Shown: positions 30,675 to 42,330, counted from the first letter of the stretch. The stretch: 64,000 nucleotides of DNA from Acidobacteriota bacterium (GCA_965205505.1 CBDBHB010000007.1:160001-224000); one strand, 5' to 3'. Notes: generated by a model from the sequence alone, not told the origin. Translations and numbers: made by a program.

Positions 30675-31652
30675 ATGAAAGCCATCGTCATCGAACAGTA
30701 TGGCGGCCCTGATGTGCTCCAGCTTCGAGAGGTCGAGCAGCCTACGGCCAAGGCGCACGAGGTTCTGATCAAGGTGCACGCGACCACCGTCTCGTCGGCA
30801 GACTGGCGGCTGCGCAGCGCGACGTTCCCGACAGGATTCGCGATCCCGGCTCGGCTTGCCCTTGGGGTGTTCAGGCCCAGGCGAAGGGTCCTCGGGAGTG
30901 AGCTCGCCGGCGAGATCGTGTCCATCGGCGAAGACGTCACGAAGTTCCAGGTCGGTGACCGCGTCTTCGCCCACCCAGGCTCGGCTCTCGGGTGCTACGT
31001 CGAGTACCGCACGATGCCAGAGGACGGTAAGCTGGCGCCGATCCCCGAGGGATTGTCCTACGAGAAGGCAGCAGCGCTGTCGTTCGGCGGGTCGACCGCG
31101 CTGAATTTCCTGCGCCACCAAGGGCGCATCCAGGCCGGCGAGAGTGTGTTGATCATCGGGGCGTCGGGCTCCGTGGGGTCGGCGGCGGTGCAGCTGGCCA
31201 AGCACTTCGGCGCAGAGGTCACCGGCGTGTGCAGCACAGTCAACCTCGAGCTCGTGCGGTCGCTCGGGGCAGACGATGTCATCGACTACACGCAGGACGA
31301 CTTCACCAAGAACGGCCGCACCTATGACCTCATCTTCGATGCTGTGGGACATGCCGACTTCCCGAGTTGCCGGAACTCCCTGAACGAAGGCGGGCGCCTG
31401 CTGCTTGTCGTCGCCGGCTTGCCCCAGCTGATGCATATCCCCTGGGCGTCCATGACCAGTACCAAGCGCGTGTTTGCGGGCGACACTGCCGGGCGGGTAG
31501 AAGACTTACTGTTCCTGAAGGAGCTCGTTGAGGCAGGAGCGTATGAACCCGTCATCGACCGGTACTACGCGTTTGATGAGGTCGCCGACGCGCACGCCTA
31601 CGTCGACACCGGGCGGAAGCGCGGCAACGTGGTGCTCCGGGTCACCGACTAA
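30675..31652 (+). CDS. NAD(P)-dependent MDR alcohol dehydrogenase/quinone reductase-like protein
   Basis: MKAIVIEQYGGPDVL, GASGSVGSAAVQLAK, VIDYT, GRKRGNVV. Confidence 0.93.
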   Translation: MKAIVIEQYGGPDVLQLREVEQPTAKAHEVLIKVHATTVSSADWRLRSATFPTGFAIPARLALGVFRPRRRVLGSELAGEIVSIGEDVTKFQVGDRVFAHPGSALGCYVEYRTMPEDGKLAPIPEGLSYEKAAALSFGGSTALNFLRHQGRIQAGESVLIIGASGSVGSAAVQLAKHFGAEVTGVCSTVNLELVRSLGADDVIDYTQDDFTKNGRTYDLIFDAVGHADFPSCRNSLNEGGRLLLVVAGLPQLMHIPWASMTSTKRVFAGDTAGRVEDLLFLKELVEAGAYEPVIDRYYAFDEVADAHAYVDTGRKRGNVVLRVTD

Positions 31653-31786
31653 GCGCGGCCGTGATGGCGATCACAGTAAACCTGGCTCTGGCGAGAGCGC
31701 CGCGGTGGGACGCAGCGCGTCGTCGGTCGTGGCGGCCACTGTCCGTGAAGAATGACGTCGGCGAGACGAGTTGAAGCGGCTCTCTC

Positions 31787-32704
31787 TCAGTCGCGAGATC
31801 GAAACAGCAGCAGCACACTAGCGCTCGTGGCCGGCCAAAGAGTGCCATCTGGCGAGAACGCCAATTCATGGCCATAGCCCTCTGTATGTCCAAGCATCTC
31901 ACCGGTAGCGGGATCGATCTTGATCAGGTAGGCCTCTTCCGGATCTCCGCCCAAGGACACCGAGATGTAGAGCTCTCCGGTTGGACTGAATGCCACGCTA
32001 TAAAGCTGTGCTGCGTATTCCCACAGGTCGAGGAACTGCCCGTCTTGGTCAAACGAGTGCAGGCGGCCGTTCTCGCGATCGGCGACGTACACGAGTCCTT
32101 GGGGACCGACAGCTATGGAGTGGGCGACAACGAACTCACCTGGCCCGGTCCCGCGATTGCCCCATTCGTTTACCTGGTGTCCGAGCGCGTCGAACTCCAG
32201 CACGCGTCCGTTGCAATACCCGTCAGCGACGAGGACGTGATCGTTCGCCGCAAAAGCGATGTCGGCAGCGCCGCAGAACCCCCTACGGGACTCTGGCAGT
32301 TCGATCTGTATTTCGAGAAGCAGGGCTCCTTCCGACGTAAACTTGTAGACCTTGGATGTGTTGGAGTCTACGGTCCATACGTTACCGGCCGGATCGACGC
32401 GAATGCCGTGCGGGATGTTGAACAAACCCGCGCCCCAGGACCGCAGGAAGCGTCCCATCGGATCGAGCACAACCACCGGATCTCCAGCGGTCGGCCGATG
32501 AAGCACGTAGATATTGCCTTGCCCGTCTATCGACACCGCTGAGATCCCCTCGAGAACCAGTGCGGGGCCAACCGCCAGTTCGACGCGGTCCAGCGGTAGT
32601 TGGGGGACATCCTCGAGTCGGTCGCGGAAGAGGTCCGAATCTGCGTCTTGCGCAGCAACAGGTGCGGCCACGAAGCACAGAAGGATCAGCGATGCGAGTC
32701 TCAT
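31787..32704 (-). CDS. Exported NHL-repeat protein (peptidylglycine lyase-like)
   Basis: PHGIRVD, VADGYCNGRV, WG..GTGPGEF...HSIA, YVADRENGR. Confidence 0.88.
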   Translation of the reverse strand: MRLASLILLCFVAAPVAAQDADSDLFRDRLEDVPQLPLDRVELAVGPALVLEGISAVSIDGQGNIYVLHRPTAGDPVVVLDPMGRFLRSWGAGLFNIPHGIRVDPAGNVWTVDSNTSKVYKFTSEGALLLEIQIELPESRRGFCGAADIAFAANDHVLVADGYCNGRVLEFDALGHQVNEWGNRGTGPGEFVVAHSIAVGPQGLVYVADRENGRLHSFDQDGQFLDLWEYAAQLYSVAFSPTGELYISVSLGGDPEEAYLIKIDPATGEMLGHTEGYGHELAFSPDGTLWPATSASVLLLFRSRD

Positions 32705-32828
32705 TTGTCGCCGGGCATGGTGGGAAGTCGGAAGCACGGGCGCATTAATAGCCTGTTGGGTTGCCACCCGCAATAGGGGGCGGGGCAGGAACCCGAGTGC
32801 CCCCGGTCGACAAAGCACGGCTAGGCTG

Positions 32829-33030
32829 GCTGACGGCGCTACGGGTCCGTCGGCACGAGCCGCCTCAGCTCGTCGAACCCGCTGCTAACCAGGGTCACCG
32901 TACCGCTGCTCCGCTTGGTGTCAAGGAACACGACGAAGAGCTGGCCGTTGCCGGTGACGCCATACTCTCGTTGAACCCGCGCGCGGCTTCGACGTTGTCG
33001 ACGTAGACGATGGTGTACCCGAGCCGCCCC
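32829..33030 (-). pseudogene. Chimeric remnant: VOC-like N-terminus joined to a kinase/TolB-type C-terminal tail
   Basis: RLGYTIVYVDNVEAA, then REYGVTGNGQLFVV...GFDELRRLVPTDP*. Confidence 0.5.
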
Positions 33031-33751
33031 CGCGTCAGTAATTATCCAACTTCCATCGTCTCACCCCACGTTGGCAGAGAGGGCAGACGCTCGCCCGCTC
33101 TCGCTTCTGCACTTTGGAAGCGACAAGAGCTGCTAGCTCCCTGTCCTGGAACAGCGTCGTGAGGAAACTGAATCGCTTCTGCCTCGACGACATCTGTTCG
33201 GTCGATGTAGCGGTCCGGCAATGTATCAATCCGTTCGTTGTCATTCGATGTCACTAGCTCGACACCGCACTGCGACCCTATAAGGATTAAAGGGCGGCCG
33301 TTAGTCATTCAGAAGGAGACGCGCCGTACGACTCTTCTGTACGCCCCAAGAGTGGCCAGTGCTCTAGTTGTGATTCCACAGACACGAATTGCCGCACTAT
33401 GGAGAGCAACGCCGTCGTTTGGGCCAGAACCCGAGCACTCAAGGAACCTGCAGCCAGGCTTGCGCTATATAAAACGGTGTGTTGCCCGCGATGGAAGACG
33501 ATGCTGCTGGGGAGTCCTTAGGCAAACCGTTATTGGAGATGATTTGAACTGACAGTGCGGGCCTACGAACAGAATAGACACGAGATATGAACGCTCCTCG
33601 GTTCTGGAGACGAGAGTTAGTTGCGGATCCACCCAGGATGCGCTTAATCGTCACCATTGAGAACCTCTGTCCGGCGGTCTTCTGGGCCTTGGATTGGTTC
33701 CCTTGACCAACGGTTAGTCCACTTGCGATCCTGCCCGACTGTGTTAGGGGT

Positions 33752-33824
33752 TCAGTTGTTGACTGTTTTAGGATCGTCAGTTGTTGACTGGTTTTGGGGA
33801 GGCTCAGTTGTTGACTGCAGTACA
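33752..33824. repeat. Three exact 14-bp direct repeats TCAGTTGTTGACTG ending near ...GTACA
   Basis: Copies at 33752, 33777 and 33804. Confidence 0.9.
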
Positions 33825-33959
33825 GCAGAAACGTCCCGAGGAGAGCCGGGGCGGGTCAGGCTCGCGAACTCACCTTCGCGGCCTGCCCGGCCATCCACGT
33901 CACCTCCGTTCCCGCGAACGTGCCGAAGATGTGCGTGCGCGTGGGAATGGCTGGGCGAA

Positions 33960-34846
33960 GGTTTGCATGGCGTGGAGTTCCAAGAGAAGGACAGAGCTGA
34001 GGGCCAACGCGACCAAGTTTGTCGCGTTTCTCTCTATCAGCATTCTCTTCGTTTTGACTCTCCCGGAGAGCACTGTAGCCCTCGTGGGGGCTTGTGTCTC
34101 CGAGGTTGCTGGTCGTTCTCGTCACCACCGTGATGGTGATTCAGTTCCTCTCGTATCTGTCGATCGAACTGTGGCGAAAAGAGGGTCTGCTGGTGATGGG
34201 AACTCTAGTCGGCGTGGTGAACAGCAACGTGATCAACGGTGCGATGGCGTCGATTACCAAGCAGAACCCCAAGCTCGCCGACCATGCCGCCGCGACTGTC
34301 GGGTGCGGAAACCTCGCGATGCTGGCAAGGAACAGTATCGTTGCCAGCATGCTCGGCCTTCGCGCCGCCGCGCTGATCATCGCGCCGATCTTGTCGATGT
34401 TGATCGTCGGTGGCCTGACCGTCTTCTTCGCTGTCAAGAAGACTAACGCGCAAATAGCGAACCAGGAGTTCGAAGTCTCGAATCCGTTTGCGCTACGAAC
34501 GGTGCTGCAATTTGCGGCAGTCGTAACCGGAGTAACAATCGTCGGGTTCGGCATTCACGAGTATTTCGGAGATCTGGGCCTCTACGTATCGGCGTTTGTC
34601 AGTGTCTACGCTGCCGGCGGTCCGATCATCCTTTCCGCGATCATGCTCGCATCAACGGATCAGATCACGCTCTTTGCAGCGACGACGGTCATCATGATCG
34701 CCTCGATTTCCAGTGCTTCCAACGACGCCGTAATACAGCTGTTGTGTGGAGCCAGGCCGCTGGCCAAGAGCTTTATTCGGCTGTCGGCGCCGATGTTGGC
34801 GACGGGGATTCTCGTGCTGGTGTTGGAGTGGTTTCTGTTCGGATGA
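33960..34846 (+). pseudogene. MgtC/DUF4010-type membrane protein, 5'-truncated and frameshifted
   Basis: SPRLLVVLV...IQFLSY...GTLVGVVNS, MLARN, NPFALRTVLQFA. Confidence 0.7.
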
Positions 34847-35082
34847 CGTCGGTGCAGGCGCTGCACTCGTCGCTCAGTGTTGCTGGGCGGCATTGTCGAG
34901 TTAACCGGCGGCCTAGCAGGCCTGTGGTGGTGGTGGAAGTGTGGTGAGTCCCACTTGCCCGGAGGGTTACGCCGCCAACGGCACATCTGCAGCGTTGCCG
35001 CTCTTGAACGATGCGCCAAGGCATCGCCGGCATCGCGGCGCCTTGCATCTGCGCCCTTGGTGACGTAACCAGACCCATCACA

Positions 35083-36155
<1,073 letters not shown>

Positions 36156-36190
36156 CTTTCACCACGGCCTACTAGCCCGTCGGGCGGCTG

Positions 36191-37042
36191 TCAGCGATCC
36201 ACTTCGGTGTCGGGCTGATTGGCCCATTCGTTGAAGGATCCGGCGTAGTTCGATGCCCGGTCATAACCCAGGATCTTCAGGACAAGCGCTGCGAGACCCG
36301 CGCGCGCACCGCCCCCTCAGTAGGTAGCCACGGCGGCCTCCGGTGTGATCCCTTTATCACCCAGGAGCGTGGTGAGCTCGGCGGCAGGCTTCAACGTCCC
36401 GTTGTCGGCATCGAACAGCTCGCGGTAGTCCAAATGGACAGCGCCCGGCAGGTGCCCGAGCCGGGGCGGAGCATTCCACCCCTTCGTCGTCCCCTCGAAC
36501 TCGCCGAGACTGCGCACGTCCCAGAAGACGACGCCGGCGTCATCGATGGAGGCTTTCGCCTGCTCCAGGGAGCAGTAGACGCTCTCTACCGGGCGAGCTG
36601 CGAACGTCCGCGGTTCGTGGACCGGGGCGTCGCTGGAAAGCGGCAGCCCCTCGGCGGTCCACTTCGCCAACCCACCATCGAGGTAGCGGACATCGGGATG
36701 GCCGTAGTAGAGGAACGTCCAGGCGTTCATCCCCGCCAACTGGGACAATTGCGACCGTCCCCCCGCGTCGTAGACGACGACCGGCGTGCGCTCGTCGATT
36801 CCAAGCGCCCCGACGAGGTGAGCGAAGGCCTCGGGCTCCGGCATCTCGGATTCCGGGCGTATCCCGCCAAGCGTGAAGCCGTTGATGTGAACAGCGCCGG
36901 GAATATGGCCACCGGCGTAGTCTTCGTCAGAACGAGCATCGACAACGCGAACCGTCGGATCGGACAGACGACTGGCGAGCCAATCGGTCTCGGCCAGCAG
37001 CTCCGGATGAGGGTAGTCGCGCTCGCGAATGGGAACGGGCAT
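36191..37042 (-). CDS. Two-domain sulfurtransferase (SseA/rhodanese), probable selenoprotein with UGA at 36317-36319
   Basis: GHIPGA, YLDGG, DVRS..EF.G, GHLPGA; ATY-UGA-GGGARA continues in frame to YAGSFNEW...EVDR*; SECIS-like hairpin follows the UGA. Confidence 0.9.
36279..36315 (-). promoter_or_regulatory. Putative bacterial SECIS element
   Basis: Upper stem GCGC-GCG/CGC-A-GCGC with loop GGUCU at +19 to +23 from the UGA; lower stem GGGGCGG/UUGUCCU. Confidence 0.75.
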
Positions 37043-37061
37043 GCATCGCTCCGATCGGTTT

Positions 37062-37237
37062 CTAGCAGACCGTGGTGAAAGTGTGGCAGCGAGCCGCTGG
37101 CCTCTTCCCTGTTTCGCAGCACACTCGGCGCAGCTCCTGAACGCGGTAGCCTACCAGGCTCGCCTGGAAACCGCCGATCAATCTGTTCGCAAGGCGGTGA
37201 TTGAACCCACTGCTAGCAGGCCGTGGTGGAAGTGTGG
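37062..37237. repeat. Two tandem family-A MITE ends
   Basis: CTAGCAGACCGTGGTGAAAGTGTGG at 37062 and CTAGCAGGCCGTGGTGGAAGTGTGG at 37213. Confidence 0.85.
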
Positions 37238-37275
37238 CGGGCCTGGCGCCGGAACCCACGCTTGCCGGGGAGCGG

Positions 37276-37668
37276 CTAATCGAGCTGGGAGCGCATCCAG
37301 TCGATTAGGCTGCCCTTAGTGACCTCGCCGGTGGCGACCGCGAAGGTCATTTTCTCGAGTTCATCGGGATCGGGTGGGGGAAGCGAGTCCACACCGTTGA
37401 CGTCGAGGAAGATCAGCGCGGCCAAGACCGCGGTCCGCTTGTTGCCGTCGTGGAACGCGTGATTCTGCGCGATGTGGAACATATACGCAGCGGCCATCTC
37501 GGCGAGGCCCGCGTGCAGGTACCTTCCGTCGAACTGCTGCTGTGGCATGAGAACCGCAGATTCGAGCAGGCCGGCGTCCCGTAGACCAGCCATCCCCCCC
37601 TCATGGCCGATCGTGTGCTCGTGGATCATCAGGACATCCGCAACCGACAGGAAGCGCGACGTCCTCAT
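37276..37668 (-). CDS. doc: Death-on-curing (Doc/Fic) toxin
   Basis: GLRDAGLLESA and HAFHDGNKRTA motifs. Confidence 0.95.
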   Translation of the reverse strand: MRTSRFLSVADVLMIHEHTIGHEGGMAGLRDAGLLESAVLMPQQQFDGRYLHAGLAEMAAAYMFHIAQNHAFHDGNKRTAVLAALIFLDVNGVDSLPPPDPDELEKMTFAVATGEVTKGSLIDWMRSQLD

Positions 37669-37671
37669 CTT

Positions 37672-37899
37672 TCACTCGGCCAACCGCTCGAGCATCTCGC
37701 CGTAGCGCGGACGAAGCTTCTCGATGGCTTCGAGAACCCGTTCCCTCCCGATGCCGACGTTGACTGGAGTGATGACCAGCGAGTTCCCGCTCACCGTGAC
37801 CTGGAGCGGAGTATCGCTGTCGATTCCGAGCGCCTCCATGATCGGCTTGTCGATCACCAGGGCCTGGCTGTTTCCGTGGCTCTGCAGCTTCTTGATCAT
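37672..37899 (-). CDS. AbrB/MazE-type antitoxin
   Basis: KKLQSHGNSQALVIDK; 75 aa, directly upstream of doc. Confidence 0.92.
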   Translation of the reverse strand: MIKKLQSHGNSQALVIDKPIMEALGIDSDTPLQVTVSGNSLVITPVNVGIGRERVLEAIEKLRPRYGEMLERLAE

Positions 37900-37911
37900 G
37901 CTCCGCCTATG

Positions 37912-37930
37912 GTTATAACAACGTTATAAC
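37912..37930. promoter_or_regulatory. TA operator: two GTTATAAC palindromes
   Basis: GTTATAAC-AAC-GTTATAAC, 12 bp upstream of the antitoxin ATG. Confidence 0.75.
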
Positions 37931-38091
37931 TTTAGAGCACGAGCGCAGTCAACCCTTGCCTGGGACCCATCACACCTCCGCCATCGGGCCACCCGGAGGT
38001 CCGGGCGAACTCACGCGAGCGGCACGCGAGCACGGTCGGGGCCTTCCTTGGGCTGGGCGTCGCCCCGGCGTCGTCATGGCAACACGGGGCG

Positions 38092-39624
38092 TTAGTCCCC
38101 GGCCTTGACGACCTCCTTCATGTACCAGTCGATGAAGCGAGAGGGACCGCCCTCGTGGGTGGAGTAGCGACCGGCGCTGTAGGCGTCCGACTCGATGCCT
38201 GCGTGGTTGTTGTCGGTGATCCAGATGTCCTCCTGGATCGTGACGTGCCACAACGCCTTCACGTTGTCCGGATCGTAGTCGCGCCCCTCGACGGCATCGG
38301 GATGCACCAGCCAGACGATCTCGCAGTCGGTGAACTTCTCCGTCCGCGGCGTGAACCGAGCTACCGCAACGTGATCGTCGTAGGTTTGCCAGTAGCCGGT
38401 TGACTCGGCGGTCGTGGCGCCGCCGGTCTCGTGGTTCCAACTCGTGATGTTGGGCAGCAGTATCGACACGGCCTTGCCGTCGATTGACCCGGTGACGTAG
38501 CCCGGATTGAGCAACCCGCCCATGCTCCCGTAGGCGGGGGTGTCATCCATGCCTTCGCCGTCCATGCCTTCGCCAGCCATGCCAGCAGATCCGGAGTTCC
38601 GCCGCCGCCGATGGTCCTCCGGAACCCACGCCGCCACGGCAGCCGCCCTTTCAGCTCTCTGCTCGGGGGTGACGTCGTTGTCCCAGTTGTGTGTCGTCAC
38701 CAGGGGGCGATGTGCTGCGCCGCAGTGGTAGCACTCCTTGAAGTTCTCCAGCGCCAGCTTCCAGTTGGCGTTGATCGGGTAATACTCGCGTGCCGCGACC
38801 TTCAGATCCCCCAGGCTCCATTTCTCGCCCATAGAACGAATCCGGTCGCCCACAGCCGACTCGAAGTCCGGCGGCGTGTCCGACTTGGACAAGTTGACGA
38901 AGATCTGGCCTTCGGCGACCCGCAGGTGGCAGGGAAGAAGCCCGTTGTCGGCCGGGTCGAAGTCGTCCTGCATGCCGTAGGCGTAGATGAGGCTGCCTTC
39001 GGTATCGTATGTCCAGGCGTGGTATGGGCAGCGGAACACCGGTGAGTTGCCGGACTGGCCGAGCTGCTTGACCGACAGGCGCGGGTCGCTCGGGGGCGCG
39101 TCGGCGTCGTGGCGACACAGGCGCGAGCCGCGGTGGCGGCAGACGTTGTAGAAGCCCTTGATGTCGCCGCCCTGACCGCGAACGATCAGGATGGACTCGG
39201 AGCGGCCGAACTCGAACGCGAAGAAGTCGCCCGCGTTCGGAATGCGGCTGGCCTGATCGACGTACTGCCAGAAGTTCTCCGCCACGAACGCCTCATCGGC
39301 GTCGAAGTGCTTTGCCTCCAGGTAGTACTCGGCGGGAATGGTCAGGCCCTCTTTCCAACCGTTGATGCTGGCCTTCTTGGAGACCGGCGCGGTCAACGCT
39401 GCCGCCCCCCGGCCACCGTAGCCAACGGCCTCGTCGCGCATCTCGACCCGAGCCGTACGACCATAGGTTGTCTTCGTGACGGCGGCCTTCGCCGGGGTCG
39501 AGCCCAGCAACGTCTTGGGCAGGGCGACGGCCGCGGTGCCGGCGGCGACCGAGGTTTTTGCGAAGGTTCGACGGCTTAGCTTGGTCTCTGCACCGTTCGT
39601 CTCGCCTGGGTCTCGCCTGCTCAT
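38092..39624 (-). CDS. Rieske non-heme iron oxygenase alpha subunit (GbcA/choline monooxygenase-like) with a Tat-like signal
   Basis: SRRTFAK followed by a hydrophobic stretch; CRHRG...CPYH Rieske ligands; NWKLALENFKECYHC...H and QED iron ligands. Confidence 0.9.
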   Translation of the reverse strand: MSRRDPGETNGAETKLSRRTFAKTSVAAGTAAVALPKTLLGSTPAKAAVTKTTYGRTARVEMRDEAVGYGGRGAAALTAPVSKKASINGWKEGLTIPAEYYLEAKHFDADEAFVAENFWQYVDQASRIPNAGDFFAFEFGRSESILIVRGQGGDIKGFYNVCRHRGSRLCRHDADAPPSDPRLSVKQLGQSGNSPVFRCPYHAWTYDTEGSLIYAYGMQDDFDPADNGLLPCHLRVAEGQIFVNLSKSDTPPDFESAVGDRIRSMGEKWSLGDLKVAAREYYPINANWKLALENFKECYHCGAAHRPLVTTHNWDNDVTPEQRAERAAAVAAWVPEDHRRRRNSGSAGMAGEGMDGEGMDDTPAYGSMGGLLNPGYVTGSIDGKAVSILLPNITSWNHETGGATTAESTGYWQTYDDHVAVARFTPRTEKFTDCEIVWLVHPDAVEGRDYDPDNVKALWHVTIQEDIWITDNNHAGIESDAYSAGRYSTHEGGPSRFIDWYMKEVVKAGD

Positions 39625-39951
39625 GCTGCCCTCCATCCGTCGAGCCTGAAACTGCAGTTCCTTCCACTTGCCACAATGACCGATATCACGACCCCGCTGG
39701 TATTGCAACGGAGAGCTGATTCCTCGTAGTGACCTACTCGGGTGCCGGGTTCCATGGCGCTACCGGAACGTGGGTGAGCGTCTGAAGCTTATCCCAGAGC
39801 GCACGAGATCCAACGTAGCGAGCCCGGTAGTCTCTCCGCCCCGGATTCCGAGGCAGGCACCGGCAACTCGAGTGGACCTGGAGTGCGCAGAGATAGGCGC
39901 CAGCTACCGCTCACCAACGCTCACTGCGTGTGTTTGCGGCCAGCAACTGAA

Positions 39952-41043
39952 TTACTGAATCTGGCTCTTGCTGAAGCTCGTAGGCGGTACGAGATCCTGT
40001 GATTTGGCCGCACCTGCCTGTGGGGAGCTTCCACGCGACAGCATCTTGTACCAGTCGCGGAAAGGCCCGGTGGTGTTTTGCCAGAAACCTCGGTACTCCG
40101 CCTGCGTCGCCGGACCAATGCCCCAAGGCGTATATTCATCCAACTCGGGTATATACAGGGTACCGAACATCCGGTCAAAGATACTGGTGACCGCCGCCAT
40201 GTTCGTATTCCAATGCTTCTTCAGGTAACTGTGGTGCGTATGATGCATGGCCGGGCTCTGTATCCATCTCTCAAGCCAGCGCGGATAATGGAAACCTATG
40301 TGATAGTGGCGGAACATCCCGTTGAAACCGAACAGCAGCGAGAACATGCCGATGTTCATTATGGTTGCCTGGGTAATGCCACCGTTAAAGAGATAGGCGA
40401 ATATTCCTCCGGCAAACGCATAGCCGAACGCCGACCCGGCCGCCCAGATAGGGCCAGAAAGGAAATGCTCACGGGATCGAGTCAGTGGCGTCAGAACTTC
40501 TGCCGAATGATGCACCTTATGAATTGCCCACAGCGCCGGGTATCTGTGCATGCACCAGTGGATAGCGTAAAACATGAAGTCATAGCAAAGCAGTGAGACC
40601 GCAGCATAGAGCACCATCCACGCATAATTGGACTGCAATGCCGGGGTCTCACCGAAAATGAATTGCAGTGACCCGATTACAGACTGTTCAGTGAACGGCG
40701 CCACGGTCGCAAACAACGACACCGCCCAGAGAGGACGCAACGAACGCTCAAACACCCAAAGCGATACATCGACGCGAGCGGACTTGTGCGTGTAAATATC
40801 TTTAGGCAACAAGAACTTCAAAAGGCCGGTTTTTCTCTCTCGACCATCGGCGCCTTTCGAACCGTGACCACGACGAACCAGAAAAATCAGGATCCCGATA
40901 AAGGCAGTGAGCATGAGGGTGCGCGGGCGGAGAACGCCGGGTACATTGGACGCGGCGGTATCCCAAACGACGCTCCCGACGCGCTGAACCATGTCGGTGA
41001 ACGGGCCGAGAATGGTCCCTGCGGCTTCTTCTTGTACGGTCAT
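39952..41043 (-). CDS. Sterol desaturase/fatty-acid hydroxylase family protein
   Basis: His boxes HWCMH, HKVHH, RHYH, HHTHH. Confidence 0.9.
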   Translation of the reverse strand: MTVQEEAAGTILGPFTDMVQRVGSVVWDTAASNVPGVLRPRTLMLTAFIGILIFLVRRGHGSKGADGRERKTGLLKFLLPKDIYTHKSARVDVSLWVFERSLRPLWAVSLFATVAPFTEQSVIGSLQFIFGETPALQSNYAWMVLYAAVSLLCYDFMFYAIHWCMHRYPALWAIHKVHHSAEVLTPLTRSREHFLSGPIWAAGSAFGYAFAGGIFAYLFNGGITQATIMNIGMFSLLFGFNGMFRHYHIGFHYPRWLERWIQSPAMHHTHHSYLKKHWNTNMAAVTSIFDRMFGTLYIPELDEYTPWGIGPATQAEYRGFWQNTTGPFRDWYKMLSRGSSPQAGAAKSQDLVPPTSFSKSQIQ

Positions 41044-41299
41044 CTAATTACTCCTACTGACTCCTGACACGCAGCCGCCGAGTGCGTGCACGATGCCCCC
41101 GGTCGAGTCAACGCCCCGCGAGCGAGCGCATCACGTCGGCTGTTTCCTGGGAGCAAGAAATCTCCGACGATCGGGATCGTCGGAGTTCGTGATCGCGCTC
41201 TTCGTTATAGCACGCGTCAGAGCACTGGAGCTATGGACCTACACGCCCTTGATCTCGCTACGCCGGCAAGGCTAGTGGGGTCTTCTTTCCCGGTTCGTT

Positions 41300-41641
41300 T
41301 CATGACTCCTCGTACTGGCGTGGAGGCCGTGGTGACGGAAGCGCACCGGTCGAGAGGACGTTCTTGTGCGCCAGCACGTTCTCGAACGACGCGAGCCAGT
41401 GCTCGAAATACCCTGGCGTCTCGGGGTTCGGGCGCTCGGGCGTCTCGCCCCCGTCGTCGATCGCCGCGATCAGTTGCTCACGAAACTCGTCCCAGTCGTA
41501 GAGGCCCTGCTCGCAAAGAGCAACCGCCATCGCGAAGACTCGCCGCTCCCACTCATCGTGGAAGACAAGCTCACCGTTGCGACGCGGGAGCGCCCCGGTG
41601 CCCGGCATATCGGCGATCGCCTCGTTTGCGGTTCGGTCCAT
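41300..41641 (-). CDS. Nitrile hydratase accessory protein (P14K/NhhG-like)
   Basis: [23 protein letters not shown]...WDEFR...YFEHWLASFE. Confidence 0.9.
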   Translation of the reverse strand: MDRTANEAIADMPGTGALPRRNGELVFHDEWERRVFAMAVALCEQGLYDWDEFREQLIAAIDDGGETPERPNPETPGYFEHWLASFENVLAHKNVLSTGALPSPRPPRQYEES

Positions 41642-41652
41642 TGTCGTCGCAG

Positions 41653-42330
41653 TCAGAGGGTGGAAACTGGAACCCGGGCAACGCCGATCATCGAATCGCG
41701 GATCACCAGCTCGGCGAGCTTCTCTTCACTGAGACCTTCGGTTCCCGCGGGTCGCTCAGGTAGCACCAGGTAGCGAATCTCCGCGCTGCTGTCCCAGACG
41801 CGGAGCTCGACGTCGTCGTCGAGCTCGAGGCCGAACTCTTCCAGAACCGCTCGGGGATCGATGACGACTCTCGAGCGGTAGGCCGCGCTCTTGTACCAGG
41901 CGGGTGGGAGGCCGAGAACCGGCCACGGATAACAAGAGCACAGGGTGCATACGACGACGTTGTGCACCTGGGGAGTGTTTTCTACCGCCACCATGTGCTC
42001 GCCCTGCAAACCTCCGAAGCCGAGCTCCGCGATCGCCGACGTCGCGTCGTCGAGGAGCCGCGCTTTGTAATCCGCATCGACCCATGCGCGTGCAACGACC
42101 TTGGAGCCATTCATGGGCCCGAGATCGTGCTCATAGATATCGACGAGCTTGTCGAGGGCGTCTTTCGACACCAGGCCCTTGTCGATCAGCAACGTTTCGA
42201 TCGCCTGCACACGCTGCTCGAGGGCAGAGGTCTCGTCGGCGGTTCGCCGCGGCGCTAGGTACGGGTTCGGCGGAGCATTGTGGGGGTGGTCGTGTTCGTG
42301 ATCGTGGTCATGCTGGGGATCGTCACTCAT
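41653..42330 (-). CDS. nthA: Nitrile hydratase alpha subunit, cobalt type
   Basis: [11 protein letters not shown] (Thr/Tyr variant is Co-type); His-rich N-terminus. Confidence 0.97.
   Translation of the reverse strand: MSDDPQHDHDHEHDHPHNAPPNPYLAPRRTADETSALEQRVQAIETLLIDKGLVSKDALDKLVDIYEHDLGPMNGSKVVARAWVDADYKARLLDDATSAIAELGFGGLQGEHMVAVENTPQVHNVVVCTLCSCYPWPVLGLPPAWYKSAAYRSRVVIDPRAVLEEFGLELDDDVELRVWDSSAEIRYLVLPERPAGTEGLSEEKLAELVIRDSMIGVARVPVSTL

Noticed and set aside
33752-33817. Mini CRISPR array
   Set aside because: The 14-bp repeats and 11-13-bp spacers are far too short, and there are no cas genes.
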